Assembly: GCA_946630315.1 (NCBI GenBank)
Contig: CAMOYT010000004.1
Location: 1-60,042 of the forward strand
Reading direction: 5' to 3'
DNA from: an uncultured Bacillota bacterium
GTDB taxonomy: Bacteria > Bacillota_I > Bacilli_A > RF39 > UBA660
DNA: 60,042 nt
Shown: piece after piece, positions 38,211 to 48,834 of the stretch
Numbering within the stretch: position 1 is the stretch's first letter
How the letters are laid out: each line of letters starts with the position of its first letter
Made by a program: the position numbers and the translations under genes
The notes under the pieces: model-generated
The model's input: the letters and a program-made list of their open reading frames with translations, nothing else
Databases searched by the model: none
Told to the model about the DNA's origin: nothing

Positions 38211-40277
38211 TTATAATTCAAATTGTGAATTATATAAATCGGCATAAAAACCTTTTTTATTCATTAACTCTGTATGAGTTCCTTGCTCTACAATATTTCC
38301 TTCTTTCATGACTAATATTAAGTCTGCATTCTTAATTGTAGATAGTCTATGAGCAATAATAAAACTTGTTTTTCCTTCAGTTAATTTATCCATTGCTTTT
38401 TGAACTAGTTCTTCGGTACGTGTATCTACGTTTGATGTTGCTTCATCTAAGATTAGGAATGGAGCATCTTCAAGCATACCACGTGCTATTGTTATTAACT
38501 GTTTTTGTCCTAATGAGATATTATTGTTATCTCCTACTTCAGATGATAATCCTTTAGGAAGTGTTTTTATAAAGTGATCTATTCCTACAGTTTTACATAC
38601 TTCCCATATTCTTTCATCTGATACATTTTTTCTATTAAATTTTATATTATCTCTTATTGTTCCATCAAATAACCATGTATCTTGTAAAACCATAACAAAT
38701 AAATCATGAATGTTTTCTCTTTTTAATTGTTTTATTGATTTTCCATCTATTAAGATGTCTCCATCATTTATTTCATAGAACTTCATTAGTAAGTTTACCA
38801 TAGTTGTTTTTCCTGCTCCTGTTGGTCCTACTATTGCAATTTTTTGACCTGATTTTACATTAGCACTGAAGTTTTTAATAATTGTTCTATCTTCATTATA
38901 ACCAAATTTTACATTTTTAAATTCAACATTGCCTTTAATTTCTTTTACATTAACTTTTTCTTTTAATGATGATTCATCACTTAATTCTTTTTCATCCATA
39001 AATTCGAAGACACGCTCTGCAGCGGCGGCAATTGATTGAACTGTTGTTGCGGCTTGAGCAATTCTTGATAATGGATTAGTGAATAATCTTACATAGATCA
39101 TGAAGGCTACTATGACACCAAATGATGTTTTTCCATTCATTACAAGTAGTGCTCCTACAACACAAACAGCAACGTAACCGAAGTTTCCTATGAAGTGCAT
39201 TATTGGTTGCATTATTCCTGATAAGAATTGACTCTTTCTATTGCAATCATATAAGTTGTTATTAATTCTATCAAATTCCTTTAAGGCACTTTCTTCACCA
39301 TTGTATGCTTTTACTACGTTATGTCCTGAGTATATTTCTTCAATATGACCATTTAATTCTCCTAGTTCTTTTTGACGTCTTACAAAGTATTTTTGTGACT
39401 TTTTAAGAAGTATAAATGATAATATGAAGCCTATAATACTTGATAATATGGCAGTTAAGGCCATTACCCAATTTGTTACAAACATCATAACTATTGATCC
39501 TAGAAATAGAGTTATGTTTGCTACTAATGATGTTATTGTATTACTCATATTAATTCCTATTGTATCAACATCGTTAGTTACTCTTGATAAAATATCTCCT
39601 GTTTCATGAGAATCAAAGTATTTTAATGGTAATTTATTTATCTTTTTACTTATATTTTTTCTTAGATTTTTAGAATAACCTATTCCAACATATGCCATTA
39701 TTATTCCTTCAGCATAAGCTAATATTGAATTTAGTAAGTAAATTATACCTAATATTACAGATCTATATGTTAATTCATCTGTATCCATTTTAGGTTCAAT
39801 AAAGCTTTTTATGGAGTTAGGTATTTTATCTAATTTAACTAAGGCTTTTTCATTTATAGTTTCTTTATCCATAGTTAATAAAATATCAAAATATTTTACT
39901 TGATCTTCTCTAGTTATTTCTATTTTTTTATATTTAAATGTATTGAATATTTCTAATTTTTCTTCTTGTGTTAATTCTTTATAATTTTCTATATTATTTA
40001 TTTTTGTAATATTTGCATGTTTATAGATTTCTTTATTTAGTTTTTCAATGTTTTCTGTACGTGGCTTAATACCTTCAGTAATTACATCTGTTACATCTGC
40101 TAATTTATTTGGTGCTACTGTTGATAATATAGCTGCTACTATAGCAAATATTACAGCAATTACTAATAGATATTTCCATTTATTTAGATTTTTGAAAAGA
40201 CGAATTAAGGTACCTTTTAAATCATTTACTTTTTCTACTTCACGTTGTGGTCTAGGCATTTTGTAATTCCTCCTCAC
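38211..40277 (-). CDS. ABC exporter, fused permease and ATPase (heterodimer subunit with consensus motifs)
   Basis: TMD plus GPTGAGKTT, ISLGQKQ, LDEATS, AHRL. Confidence 0.93.
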   Translation of the reverse strand: MRRNYKMPRPQREVEKVNDLKGTLIRLFKNLNKWKYLLVIAVIFAIVAAILSTVAPNKLADVTDVITEGIKPRTENIEKLNKEIYKHANITKINNIENYKELTQEEKLEIFNTFKYKKIEITREDQVKYFDILLTMDKETINEKALVKLDKIPNSIKSFIEPKMDTDELTYRSVILGIIYLLNSILAYAEGIIMAYVGIGYSKNLRKNISKKINKLPLKYFDSHETGDILSRVTNDVDTIGINMSNTITSLVANITLFLGSIVMMFVTNWVMALTAILSSIIGFILSFILLKKSQKYFVRRQKELGELNGHIEEIYSGHNVVKAYNGEESALKEFDRINNNLYDCNRKSQFLSGIMQPIMHFIGNFGYVAVCVVGALLVMNGKTSFGVIVAFMIYVRLFTNPLSRIAQAATTVQSIAAAAERVFEFMDEKELSDESSLKEKVNVKEIKGNVEFKNVKFGYNEDRTIIKNFSANVKSGQKIAIVGPTGAGKTTMVNLLMKFYEINDGDILIDGKSIKQLKRENIHDLFVMVLQDTWLFDGTIRDNIKFNRKNVSDERIWEVCKTVGIDHFIKTLPKGLSSEVGDNNNISLGQKQLITIARGMLEDAPFLILDEATSNVDTRTEELVQKAMDKLTEGKTSFIIAHRLSTIKNADLILVMKEGNIVEQGTHTELMNKKGFYADLYNSQFEL

Positions 40278-42012
40278 TTAATTGAGAAAGTGCTATTTCT
40301 TTATATATAGGACAATTTTTTAGTAATTCTTTATGTGTTCCTATTCCTACACATTCTCCTTTATCTAATACTACTATTTTATCTGCATTCATAATTGTTC
40401 CAATTCTTTGGGCTACAATTAAGCAAGTAGCATTTTTAGTATATTTCTTTAACTCTTTTCTTAATGTTGAATCTGTCTTATAGTCTAGTGCTGAGAATGA
40501 ATCATCAAAAATATAAATTTCTGGGTCTCTTGCGATTGCTCTAGCTATTGATAATCTTTGTTTTTGACCACCTGATATATTTGTTCCTCCACGAGCTATA
40601 TGTGATTTATATGTATCATCCATTTTTTCTACAAATTCTTTTGCTTGAGCAACTTCTATTGCTTTCTTAATTTCATTTAGAGTTGCTTTTTTCTTTCCAT
40701 TATCTCCATATGAGACATTTTCTTCTACTGTTCCAGTAAACATTACAGCAGTTTGAGGAATGTAACCTATTCTATTATTTAATGATTTTAGGTCATATTC
40801 TTTTACATTGATTCCATCTACTTTTACTTCTCCATCAGTTGCATCATATAATCTTGGTACTAAATTTATTAAAGTAGACTTACCACTACCAGTTGAACCG
40901 ATAAAAGCTATTGTTTCTCCTCTGTTTGCTGTAAAAGATATATCTTTTAAGACATATTCATCAGCATCTGGATATTTGAAACTTACATTATTAAATTCAA
41001 TTGTACCTTTTTCTTTTGTTTCTCCTTTAAAAATACCTGATTTTATATTTACTTCTTCATCTAATACTTCATTAATACGATTAGCTGATACTCTAGCTCT
41101 TGGTAATATCATAAATATCATTGTTAACATTAAGAATGACATAATTACTTGTATACCCCAAGATGAGAAGACAACCATATTAGAGAATGTTGTTAATTTA
41201 TTCATCATAGTACTATTAATAATGATAATTGCACCTACTACATATATTCCTAAATGTTGGAAATGCATAACAAAATTCATAATTGGATCCATTAAAGCAA
41301 AAGTTCTTGTTACTTTTAGATGGATTTTTGTTATTTCATCGTTTACTTTATCAAATCTTGATTGTTGGAACTTTTCTGCATTAAAAGCTCTTATTACTCT
41401 TATTCCTGTGATGTTTTCTCTTGTGACTCCATTTACGTTATCAGTTAATTTTTGAATTTTAGCAAATCTTGGAGTTACTATCATTATAATTATTAAGTTT
41501 GTTACTACTATTATTACTACTCCAATTGCTGTTACCATACTTAGTTCAGCACTCTTGCCTATTATTTTCATTAATGCCCATATAGCCATAATTGGTGATT
41601 TAATTATTAATTGTAATCCCATTGCTAAAAGCATTTCTATTTGTGTTACATCGTTAGTTGTTCTTGTTATTAAACTACTTGTGTGGAATTTCTTAATTTC
41701 AGTAAGACCGAAGTCTTCAACTTTCTTAAATAGTAGTCTTCTTAGTGTTCTTGAGAATCTTGCAGATAATAGTGAGCTAAAATAACCTACTGCTATAGTA
41801 CAAAATAGGCTACCAAAAGCACATGCCATCATATGAGCTCCGGCTATTAATATTTCACTCATTTTACTGCCATCTGTTTGAACTAAAATAGTGATATCAC
41901 TCATATATTCTGGCATTTTAAGGTCTAAATATACAGAGAATATTACTAATAATGAAACTATTAATACTATCATGAGATCTTTTTTAGTTAGATTTTTAAA
42001 TAGTTTTATCAT
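40252..42012 (-). CDS. ABC exporter, fused permease and ATPase (heterodimer subunit with degenerate motifs)
   Basis: GSTGSGKST, ISGGQKQR, degenerate FDDSFSALD and AQR. Confidence 0.93.
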   Translation of the reverse strand: MIKLFKNLTKKDLMIVLIVSLLVIFSVYLDLKMPEYMSDITILVQTDGSKMSEILIAGAHMMACAFGSLFCTIAVGYFSSLLSARFSRTLRRLLFKKVEDFGLTEIKKFHTSSLITRTTNDVTQIEMLLAMGLQLIIKSPIMAIWALMKIIGKSAELSMVTAIGVVIIVVTNLIIIMIVTPRFAKIQKLTDNVNGVTRENITGIRVIRAFNAEKFQQSRFDKVNDEITKIHLKVTRTFALMDPIMNFVMHFQHLGIYVVGAIIIINSTMMNKLTTFSNMVVFSSWGIQVIMSFLMLTMIFMILPRARVSANRINEVLDEEVNIKSGIFKGETKEKGTIEFNNVSFKYPDADEYVLKDISFTANRGETIAFIGSTGSGKSTLINLVPRLYDATDGEVKVDGINVKEYDLKSLNNRIGYIPQTAVMFTGTVEENVSYGDNGKKKATLNEIKKAIEVAQAKEFVEKMDDTYKSHIARGGTNISGGQKQRLSIARAIARDPEIYIFDDSFSALDYKTDSTLRKELKKYTKNATCLIVAQRIGTIMNADKIVVLDKGECVGIGTHKELLKNCPIYKEIALSQLSEEELQNA

Positions 42013-42436
42013 ATTTCCTCCTTATATTTTCTTTCATTTTTTCTAGTGTTAATAAAAATAAATCTATTTCTTCTTGTGATATATCTTTTAGAGCTGTTTC
42101 TTCTATACTTTTTACTTTCTTTTTACCTAAGTTGTAGCACTTTATGGCACTATCTTCTATTTCTATTACTTTAGTTCTAGTATCTATTTTTGATGCTACT
42201 CTTTTTATTAAACCATTCTTTTCCATAGTTCCTAGAACACCTGAAGTAGTTGCTCTTGTAAGATTAAGTGATTTTTCAATATCTTTTTGATAGACATCTT
42301 TGTCTCTGTTTTTAATAAGATATTTTATTATTAAATATTGTGTTGTTGAAATACTATTTGATTCATTAGTTATTAGTTCTTTTGTTATTAAACCTTGAAA
42401 CTTTTTGATTTCAAATAATACTGATTTATCTTTCAT
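41996..42436 (-). CDS. MarR family regulator
   Basis: QKDIEKSLNLTRATTSGVL..MEKNGLIKR...D.R; first gene of the ABC operon. Confidence 0.9.
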   Translation of the reverse strand: MKDKSVLFEIKKFQGLITKELITNESNSISTTQYLIIKYLIKNRDKDVYQKDIEKSLNLTRATTSGVLGTMEKNGLIKRVASKIDTRTKVIEIEDSAIKCYNLGKKKVKSIEETALKDISQEEIDLFLLTLEKMKENIRRKYDKTI

Positions 42437-42453
42437 TTTAACCACCATAGTCT

Positions 42454-42495
42454 ATTATATTACTTCTATTGAAATTGTCAATTACCTAACAATTT
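42454..42495 (-). promoter_or_regulatory. Promoter with a putative MarR operator
   Basis: TTGACA (42481-42476) and TATAAT (42459-42454); inverted repeat AAATTGTCA-N6-TAACAATTT overlaps the -35. Confidence 0.55.
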
Positions 42496-42528
42496 TTTAA
42501 TTAAAAAAAATAAGATGTTTCCATCTTA

Positions 42529-43206
42529 TTAGTCTCTTCGTGTAAACATAAGTATTAATCTTACTATTTCTATTAGAGTTGATGCAACGCTTGCGACATA
42601 TGTTAAGGCAGCGGCTGTTAGCATTGTTCTTCCTTGCTTATATTCTTTTTCATCTAATATATTATATTCTTTTATCTTTTTTAAAGCTCTAGATGATGCG
42701 TTAAATTCTACTGGAAGAGTTACTATTTGGAATAGTAAAATAACTAATTCAAAGATAATACCTAGCCATATTAAGTCTATTAATTGTGCAAGACAACCTA
42801 TTAATATAGCTATATAACCTAGTTTTGATGCTAAATTAACAAATGGTACTAATCCATGTCTAATACGTAAGAATAAGTATCCTTTTTTATCTTGAATTGC
42901 ATGTCCACATTCATGGCAAGCTACTGCAACAGCAGCAATTGATGCTTCGTGATAATTATTAGTAGATAATCTTACTGTTTTAGTTTTTGGATCATAATGA
43001 TCTGATAAATATCCTTCTACTTCTTCTATTTTTACATTTTTTAAATCATTTTTATCTAACATTAATCTTGCTGCTTCTTTTCCAGTAAGATTTTTCTTAT
43101 TTTTTACTTTACTATATTTACTGTAGGCTGCTTTTATATAACCTTGTGATGCTAAAACAATAATTAAAGCTATTATAGTTAATCCATATACTATAAATAA
43201 GTCCAT
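42529..43206 (-). CDS. Membrane zinc metallopeptidase (YugP-like)
   Basis: LSDHYDP, HECGHAIQ, TLPVEFNAS.RA, AAALTYVA. Confidence 0.92.
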   Translation of the reverse strand: MDLFIVYGLTIIALIIVLASQGYIKAAYSKYSKVKNKKNLTGKEAARLMLDKNDLKNVKIEEVEGYLSDHYDPKTKTVRLSTNNYHEASIAAVAVACHECGHAIQDKKGYLFLRIRHGLVPFVNLASKLGYIAILIGCLAQLIDLIWLGIIFELVILLFQIVTLPVEFNASSRALKKIKEYNILDEKEYKQGRTMLTAAALTYVASVASTLIEIVRLILMFTRRD

Positions 43207-43290
43207 GTTTATACCTCCTAAACAATATAAATTATATCATATTTTTGACTAAGAAAAAAGTGATATAAAAATATCACATTATTTCACATT

Positions 43291-44601
43291 TTATAATAAT
43301 TCTTTAAAACCACTAATTAAATGAGAGTTATCAGCACATCCCATAAATACTACTACATTTCCTTTTTCTTTTAATAACTTATCAATTGTTTCTTCTTCTA
43401 CCATTTCACCATTTGGTATTTTATCTATTATTAAATGAGATGATACACCTGGATAATCTTCTTGTTTTTCTCTATTTGCTGATACTTCTGTCATATATAC
43501 TTTATCTGCTACTTGTAAGGCATCAATAAATTCATTTGTAAAGTCTTTGGTTCTTGAATAAGTATTTGGTCTAAATACTACTACTATTTTACTATTAGGA
43601 TATTTTTGCTTTACTCCTTCTAATGTTACTTTAATTTCTGTAGGATGATGGGCATAATCATCTATAATTGTTGTGGTTCCTACTACTTCTGTTTCCATTC
43701 TTCTTTTAGCATTTACAAATGTTTCTAAGGCTCTATGTATTTGTTCATATGATAGACCTATTTCTTTACAAAAAGTTATTGCTGATGTTGCATTTGCTAC
43801 CATATGTTTTCCAAATAATGGTATATCAAAATTTCCATATAATTCATTATTTATATATACATCAAAGATTGAGCCATCTTCTTTTAATTCTAGATTTTTA
43901 ATTACAACATCATTATTTTCATTAAAACCATAGAATAATACTTTAGTATTATAGTTTATCTTTCTAGTTTCTTCATTATCTCCATTGGCTATTACTAATT
44001 CTTTTGTTTGATTAGCAAATATTTCAAAGGTATTTCTGATATCATCTATATCTTTGTAACATTCCATATGTTCTTTTTCAATATTTGTAATTATTGAGTA
44101 AGTTGGATGGTAGGCAGTAAAATGACGATTAAATTCATCTGATTCTACTACATAATATTCATTGTCTCTTGATACTTTTCCGTCTCCTGCTCCTATGAAG
44201 TAATTGCAACCAATTGTTTCTTCTAATATATGTCTAATCATTGAGCAAGTAGATGTCTTTCCATGAGTACCACTGACACCGATTGTTTTAAATTCTTTTA
44301 TGACATCTTGCATTATTTCATTATATTTTTTTATAGTTAGACCTAGTTTTTTTACTCTTTGCATTTCTGGATGATCTTCTTTGAAAGCAACTGAATATGT
44401 TACAATCGTATCTTTATCTATTTCATGGTTATTATCATAATAAATTTTTATATTTCTATCATCTAGACCTTTTTGAGTAAATTTATAGTCTTTAGCATCA
44501 TCATAACCTGATACTTCATTACCTAAATCACATAGAATTTGAGCTAATGTAGACATTCCAGTACCTTTAATTCCTATACAATAATATTTCAAGTTTATCA
44601 C
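43291..44601 (-). CDS. murC: UDP-N-acetylmuramate--L-alanine ligase
   Basis: GIKGTGMS.LA, GTHGKTST, ESDE, DDYAHHPTEI, F.PNTYSRT. Confidence 0.95.
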   Translation of the reverse strand: MINLKYYCIGIKGTGMSTLAQILCDLGNEVSGYDDAKDYKFTQKGLDDRNIKIYYDNNHEIDKDTIVTYSVAFKEDHPEMQRVKKLGLTIKKYNEIMQDVIKEFKTIGVSGTHGKTSTCSMIRHILEETIGCNYFIGAGDGKVSRDNEYYVVESDEFNRHFTAYHPTYSIITNIEKEHMECYKDIDDIRNTFEIFANQTKELVIANGDNEETRKINYNTKVLFYGFNENNDVVIKNLELKEDGSIFDVYINNELYGNFDIPLFGKHMVANATSAITFCKEIGLSYEQIHRALETFVNAKRRMETEVVGTTTIIDDYAHHPTEIKVTLEGVKQKYPNSKIVVVFRPNTYSRTKDFTNEFIDALQVADKVYMTEVSANREKQEDYPGVSSHLIIDKIPNGEMVEEETIDKLLKEKGNVVVFMGCADNSHLISGFKELL

Positions 44602-44687
44602 TTCCCTATTAATATAAATTATACTAGAATACAGTTTTCTTGTAAAGAAAGGAATAAATGATTATAATAATACTAGGAGATGATTTT

Positions 44688-45542
44688 ATGAAGTATTTTA
44701 TATTAGGTCATGCTAATCCAGATGTTGATTCTATTGTTAGTGGAATACTTATGGAAAAATTACTTAAAGATGATGTTGATAATGTTAAATTTATAATTCC
44801 TGATAAAAAAATTGATGATAATACTAGAGAAATACTTGGTAATTATGGCATTAATGTAGACGATTACTTAGGAGATATTGAAGCTGGTAAATATATCTTA
44901 GTTGATCATCATCAAGATGATAGAATTAATGAAGATGATGTTATTGCAGTATATGATCATCATCCATATGATGATAGAAGTGATATTGAATTATATTTAA
45001 ATGAGGATGTATCTTCTACTGCTTCTTTAATATGTCAAAATGATGAGGCAATGTTTTCTAAAAAAGATATTGAACTTGCTGTTTTAGCTACTTATGTTGA
45101 TACTGTTGCCTTTCATTCTACTAGAAGTAAGGATGATGATTATACTTGGTGTTTAAATATGATAAATAAATATAATATAGATGAAGATAAGCTTATTAAT
45201 AATAGTATTACTTATACTGATTTGGAACAAGAAAATGTTGCTTTTAATGGTTTTAAAGCTTATAACTATAAAGATAAGAAAATAGAAAGTAGTTATTTAC
45301 AAGTACATCATGATGAGGATATTACAAAATATGTTGATATATTAAATGATTATTTTAAAGAAAAAGACTTAGATTATTATGTATTTATAGTTCATGATAT
45401 GGATGAGTTTAAAACAGTTGTATATTTATATCATGGTGGATCCATTATTAAGATGAGATACGATGAATATACTTCACGTGGTAGTACTATTATTCCTGAA
45501 GTATTTGAACTTATTGATAATGAAAATAAGAAGACTATTTAG
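44688..45542 (+). CDS. DHH family phosphoesterase (Mn-dependent pyrophosphatase-like)
   Basis: GHANPDVDS, LVDHH, YDHH, SSTAS, C-terminal SR..TIIP. Confidence 0.8.
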   Translation: MKYFILGHANPDVDSIVSGILMEKLLKDDVDNVKFIIPDKKIDDNTREILGNYGINVDDYLGDIEAGKYILVDHHQDDRINEDDVIAVYDHHPYDDRSDIELYLNEDVSSTASLICQNDEAMFSKKDIELAVLATYVDTVAFHSTRSKDDDYTWCLNMINKYNIDEDKLINNSITYTDLEQENVAFNGFKAYNYKDKKIESSYLQVHHDEDITKYVDILNDYFKEKDLDYYVFIVHDMDEFKTVVYLYHGGSIIKMRYDEYTSRGSTIIPEVFELIDNENKKTI

Positions 45543-46446
45543 TCTTCTTTTTTAGTATTTTATTAATATCCGATATTATTATATCTGTATTACTCTGTTG
45601 AGGACTATATATCTTAGCATTTGCTTCATATATAGTTATTAGTTTATCATCATCTACTATTATTTCTTCCATCATTTTTTCGGTATTCATTTCTCTTACT
45701 TTTTCAAATGTTTCAAAGTCATATATTTCTAATTTTGAATTAAAATATTTACCATATGAAGATGAGATTATTAAATATTTTTTGTTGTTTTCTTCATCTT
45801 CATAGAATGTTATACCTTGAACAAATCCAGTTAGTTGCAATTTTGTATAGTTTGATGTATCAATCATTCCATCATCATTTATATTATATTCTTTAATTAT
45901 AGTGTTATCTTTTGTATTAAAATTACCAAGATATAGTTTATTATCATTATAAGTAATATAAGCAGCGGAACAGTTTCCAAAAATATTGTCTAATTCACTA
46001 CCTACATAAATATTTTTATATTTACTCTTTGTTATTTTATGATGTCCTAGTATTTCTTCTTTATCATAGGCAGATATGGTTCCATTTGTATCTGTTATCC
46101 AGATATTTTCATGTATTGGATCATATGTTATTCCACCTACGTGTGAATATGTATCTAGTTCTTTAATTGTATATCGTTTTAATTCTTCATCTAAGATGTA
46201 TATGATTGATTTATTATTATGATTACTATCATAGGCTGATATTAAATACTTATCATCTACTTTGCATAATCCTTGTAATACATAATCTTCTAAGTCATCT
46301 ATATTTTGTTCTTGTTCTATAGTTGATGCAAATTCTTGCGAGGTAACTATTTTATTGCATATATTATAGGAAGATATGGTTAATATAAATATAGTTGAAT
46401 ATATTTTAATATTTCTTATTAATTCTTGCTTTGTAATATTAACCAT
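45535..46446 (-). CDS. Hypothetical membrane-anchored protein, probably a beta-propeller
   Basis: N-terminal TM and repeated QGL / HVGGITY / VQGITF blade-like motifs. Confidence 0.65.
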   Translation of the reverse strand: MVNITKQELIRNIKIYSTIFILTISSYNICNKIVTSQEFASTIEQEQNIDDLEDYVLQGLCKVDDKYLISAYDSNHNNKSIIYILDEELKRYTIKELDTYSHVGGITYDPIHENIWITDTNGTISAYDKEEILGHHKITKSKYKNIYVGSELDNIFGNCSAAYITYNDNKLYLGNFNTKDNTIIKEYNINDDGMIDTSNYTKLQLTGFVQGITFYEDEENNKKYLIISSSYGKYFNSKLEIYDFETFEKVREMNTEKMMEEIIVDDDKLITIYEANAKIYSPQQSNTDIIISDINKILKKKTK

Positions 46447-46458
46447 CTCCTCTCATAA

Positions 46459-47052
46459 TTATTTTATTTTTGAAAAAATGCAGCCACAGTAGTCTTGACG
46501 ATATAGTCCATATTCTTTTGATAAGACTATACTTCTTTTATATCCTTCTTTTTTCTTAAAATCAGAATATAAATATGTTGGAGTATATTCATTATTTAAC
46601 CTTTCCCCTATTTCATTTAACCAATCTACTCTCTTATGTGGAGATAGAGTTAGTGTTGTACAAAAATATGGATAATTTAATTCTTCGGCTATTCTTGCTG
46701 TTTCTTCTAGTCTTAAATTATAACATTTGTAGCAACGTTTTCCTCTTTCTGGTTCATTCTCTAATCCTTTAGATATTTCTAAGAATTTTTCTTTGTCATA
46801 GTTTCCTTCTATTAAATCTATTTTATATTTAGGTTTTACTATACTTATTAATTTTTTTATTTCTTCTATTCTTTTATCATATTCTTCTTTACTTGTAATA
46901 TTAGGATTATAATAAAATATTGTTATTTTAAAATGATTGGCTATTCGTTCAAGTACTGCACTACTACATGGAGCGCAACAGGCATGTAATAGTAATTTAG
47001 TACCTTCTTTTATATTAGATATTTGTTCTTCCATTAGTTTATCATAATTCAT
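46459..47052 (-). CDS. queH: Epoxyqueuosine reductase QueH
   Basis: LLLHACCAPCS, YYNPNI, RCYKCY..RL, YRQDYCGCIFS. Confidence 0.93.
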   Translation of the reverse strand: MNYDKLMEEQISNIKEGTKLLLHACCAPCSSAVLERIANHFKITIFYYNPNITSKEEYDKRIEEIKKLISIVKPKYKIDLIEGNYDKEKFLEISKGLENEPERGKRCYKCYNLRLEETARIAEELNYPYFCTTLTLSPHKRVDWLNEIGERLNNEYTPTYLYSDFKKKEGYKRSIVLSKEYGLYRQDYCGCIFSKIK

Positions 47053-47106
47053 AATATCACTTCCAAATCATGCTTATTATATCATATTTTTCATTATAAA
47101 AGAAGA

Positions 47107-48699
47107 CTATTCATTATAGTCTTCTTCTACTATTTTGCAATCATATAAGATTTTATCTCCATATTTTGTATTTTGGATAGTTTTATTACACTTATATTTA
47201 CTATCAACGTCACTATCATATATTAATTCATCAGTTATAGCATTATATTTACCATAGAATCCATTAGTAAAATGTACTTTAGATTCTTTAATATTTATAT
47301 CTATATTATTATCTTTATAATTTTTTTCAATTAAGTATAGTTTTTCTAAATTAGTAACTAATTTATTTATAGTATTTTCATTAGCAACTATTACTATATC
47401 ATTTATATTATCATTAAAATATGTTGTATGTATTTTATTGTTTTTTAAATCTTTTATAATTAAATCATAATATTCTTTATTATCTTTAGTAAAATCAGCA
47501 GTTATATATATTACTTCAATATTATCTTCTTCAGATTTATGAGTAGCTAATTTTTTAATATCTGTATTAATATTAGATTTAACTATTATTTTATTATCTT
47601 CTAAATTATTATCTATTATATATTTATAGCTATTTGTATTATAAGATTTAATTATACTATTATCTTTATAATCTAATTGTAATTGTTCTTCTTGAGTATC
47701 TTTATTATCATCTATTACTTCAATATTCTTTAATGATACTGTGCTAATTCCTATGCCAATTCCACATAATAAGATTGCTGATACAAATGTTATTACTAAT
47801 AATTTAAAATTAATTTTTTTATTAAATATAAAACAAATACATAATAGTAAGAACAAGATTAATATAACAATTCCAGATATTATGGAAATAGTTATTCCTA
47901 AGAATAATATATTTGTGGTAATAAATGATAATGTAATTATTGATGCTATTACTGATGGAATAATTATTCCTACTAAACTAATAGCAATTAAAACTACTAT
48001 AAATTTTATAAAAAATAAAACTACATTAGATAATACATTTAAAAATGCAAATGGCTTATCTTTTTCATCTCTAATTATTACTTTTTCTCTTTGATTTGTA
48101 AAATCTTTTTTATTATTATCTTTATTTTTTTCATCTTCTTTTTTATCTAATTCATAATAATTTAAATATCTAATTTTAAATGTATGTATAAGTATTATTA
48201 CAGTAATAATAAACCATAATACATTTAGAATACCTCTTAGAATATTTTCTATTGTATTAGATATATTATTTCCTAAGAAATTAAACATACTTGATAGTAT
48301 ATGACTTGATATACCACATATAGTTAAACCTATTAACCATAATATAAATGCTGCTATAATCATTTCTATTACACATTTTAATCCAGTTGAAAATTTCATA
48401 TGAGAAAACATATTTACTGTTCTTGTAATAAAATCTAGTAGCGAATCCCATGCTTCATTTAAACTATTTTTATTTTTTCTTAATGACTGATCTATATCTG
48501 TTATTTTATCATTAATAAGATCATCCATTGAACAATCAAATAAGTTAGCAATTTGCACTATCTTATCTGTTTCTGGGTAAGTATTATTACTTTCCCATTT
48601 CGATACACTTTGTCTAGATACATTTAGTTTTTCGGCCAATTCTTCTTGACTCATTCCATTCTTTTTTCGAAGAATGATTAATTTGTCTCCAAATTTCAT
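47107..48699 (-). CDS. XRE-family HTH protein fused to multi-TM and extracellular regions
   Basis: LRKKNGMSQEELAEKLNVSRQSVSKWE..YPE followed by about five TM helices. Confidence 0.85.
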   Translation of the reverse strand: MKFGDKLIILRKKNGMSQEELAEKLNVSRQSVSKWESNNTYPETDKIVQIANLFDCSMDDLINDKITDIDQSLRKNKNSLNEAWDSLLDFITRTVNMFSHMKFSTGLKCVIEMIIAAFILWLIGLTICGISSHILSSMFNFLGNNISNTIENILRGILNVLWFIITVIILIHTFKIRYLNYYELDKKEDEKNKDNNKKDFTNQREKVIIRDEKDKPFAFLNVLSNVVLFFIKFIVVLIAISLVGIIIPSVIASIITLSFITTNILFLGITISIISGIVILILFLLLCICFIFNKKINFKLLVITFVSAILLCGIGIGISTVSLKNIEVIDDNKDTQEEQLQLDYKDNSIIKSYNTNSYKYIIDNNLEDNKIIVKSNINTDIKKLATHKSEEDNIEVIYITADFTKDNKEYYDLIIKDLKNNKIHTTYFNDNINDIVIVANENTINKLVTNLEKLYLIEKNYKDNNIDINIKESKVHFTNGFYGKYNAITDELIYDSDVDSKYKCNKTIQNTKYGDKILYDCKIVEEDYNE

Positions 48700-48834
48700 A
48701 TTTACACCTTCCTTTTATGCATACAATTTTACGTTAAAAAGCAGTTGCATTCTATACAGTTTAGTTGGAAATTATGTAAAGTTTTGGTTGCTTTTACTTA
48801 TTTTATCATAATTTTAATAAAAAAAGACAAGTTG

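Noticed and set aside
40808-41455. 215-aa + strand ORF and the other short overlapping ORFs in the track
   Set aside because: Antisense or out-of-frame shadows of well-supported genes.
48740-48795. CAACnAAA-like repeats upstream of the XRE-HTH membrane protein
   Set aside because: Plausible autoregulatory sites, but too short and degenerate to support from sequence alone.
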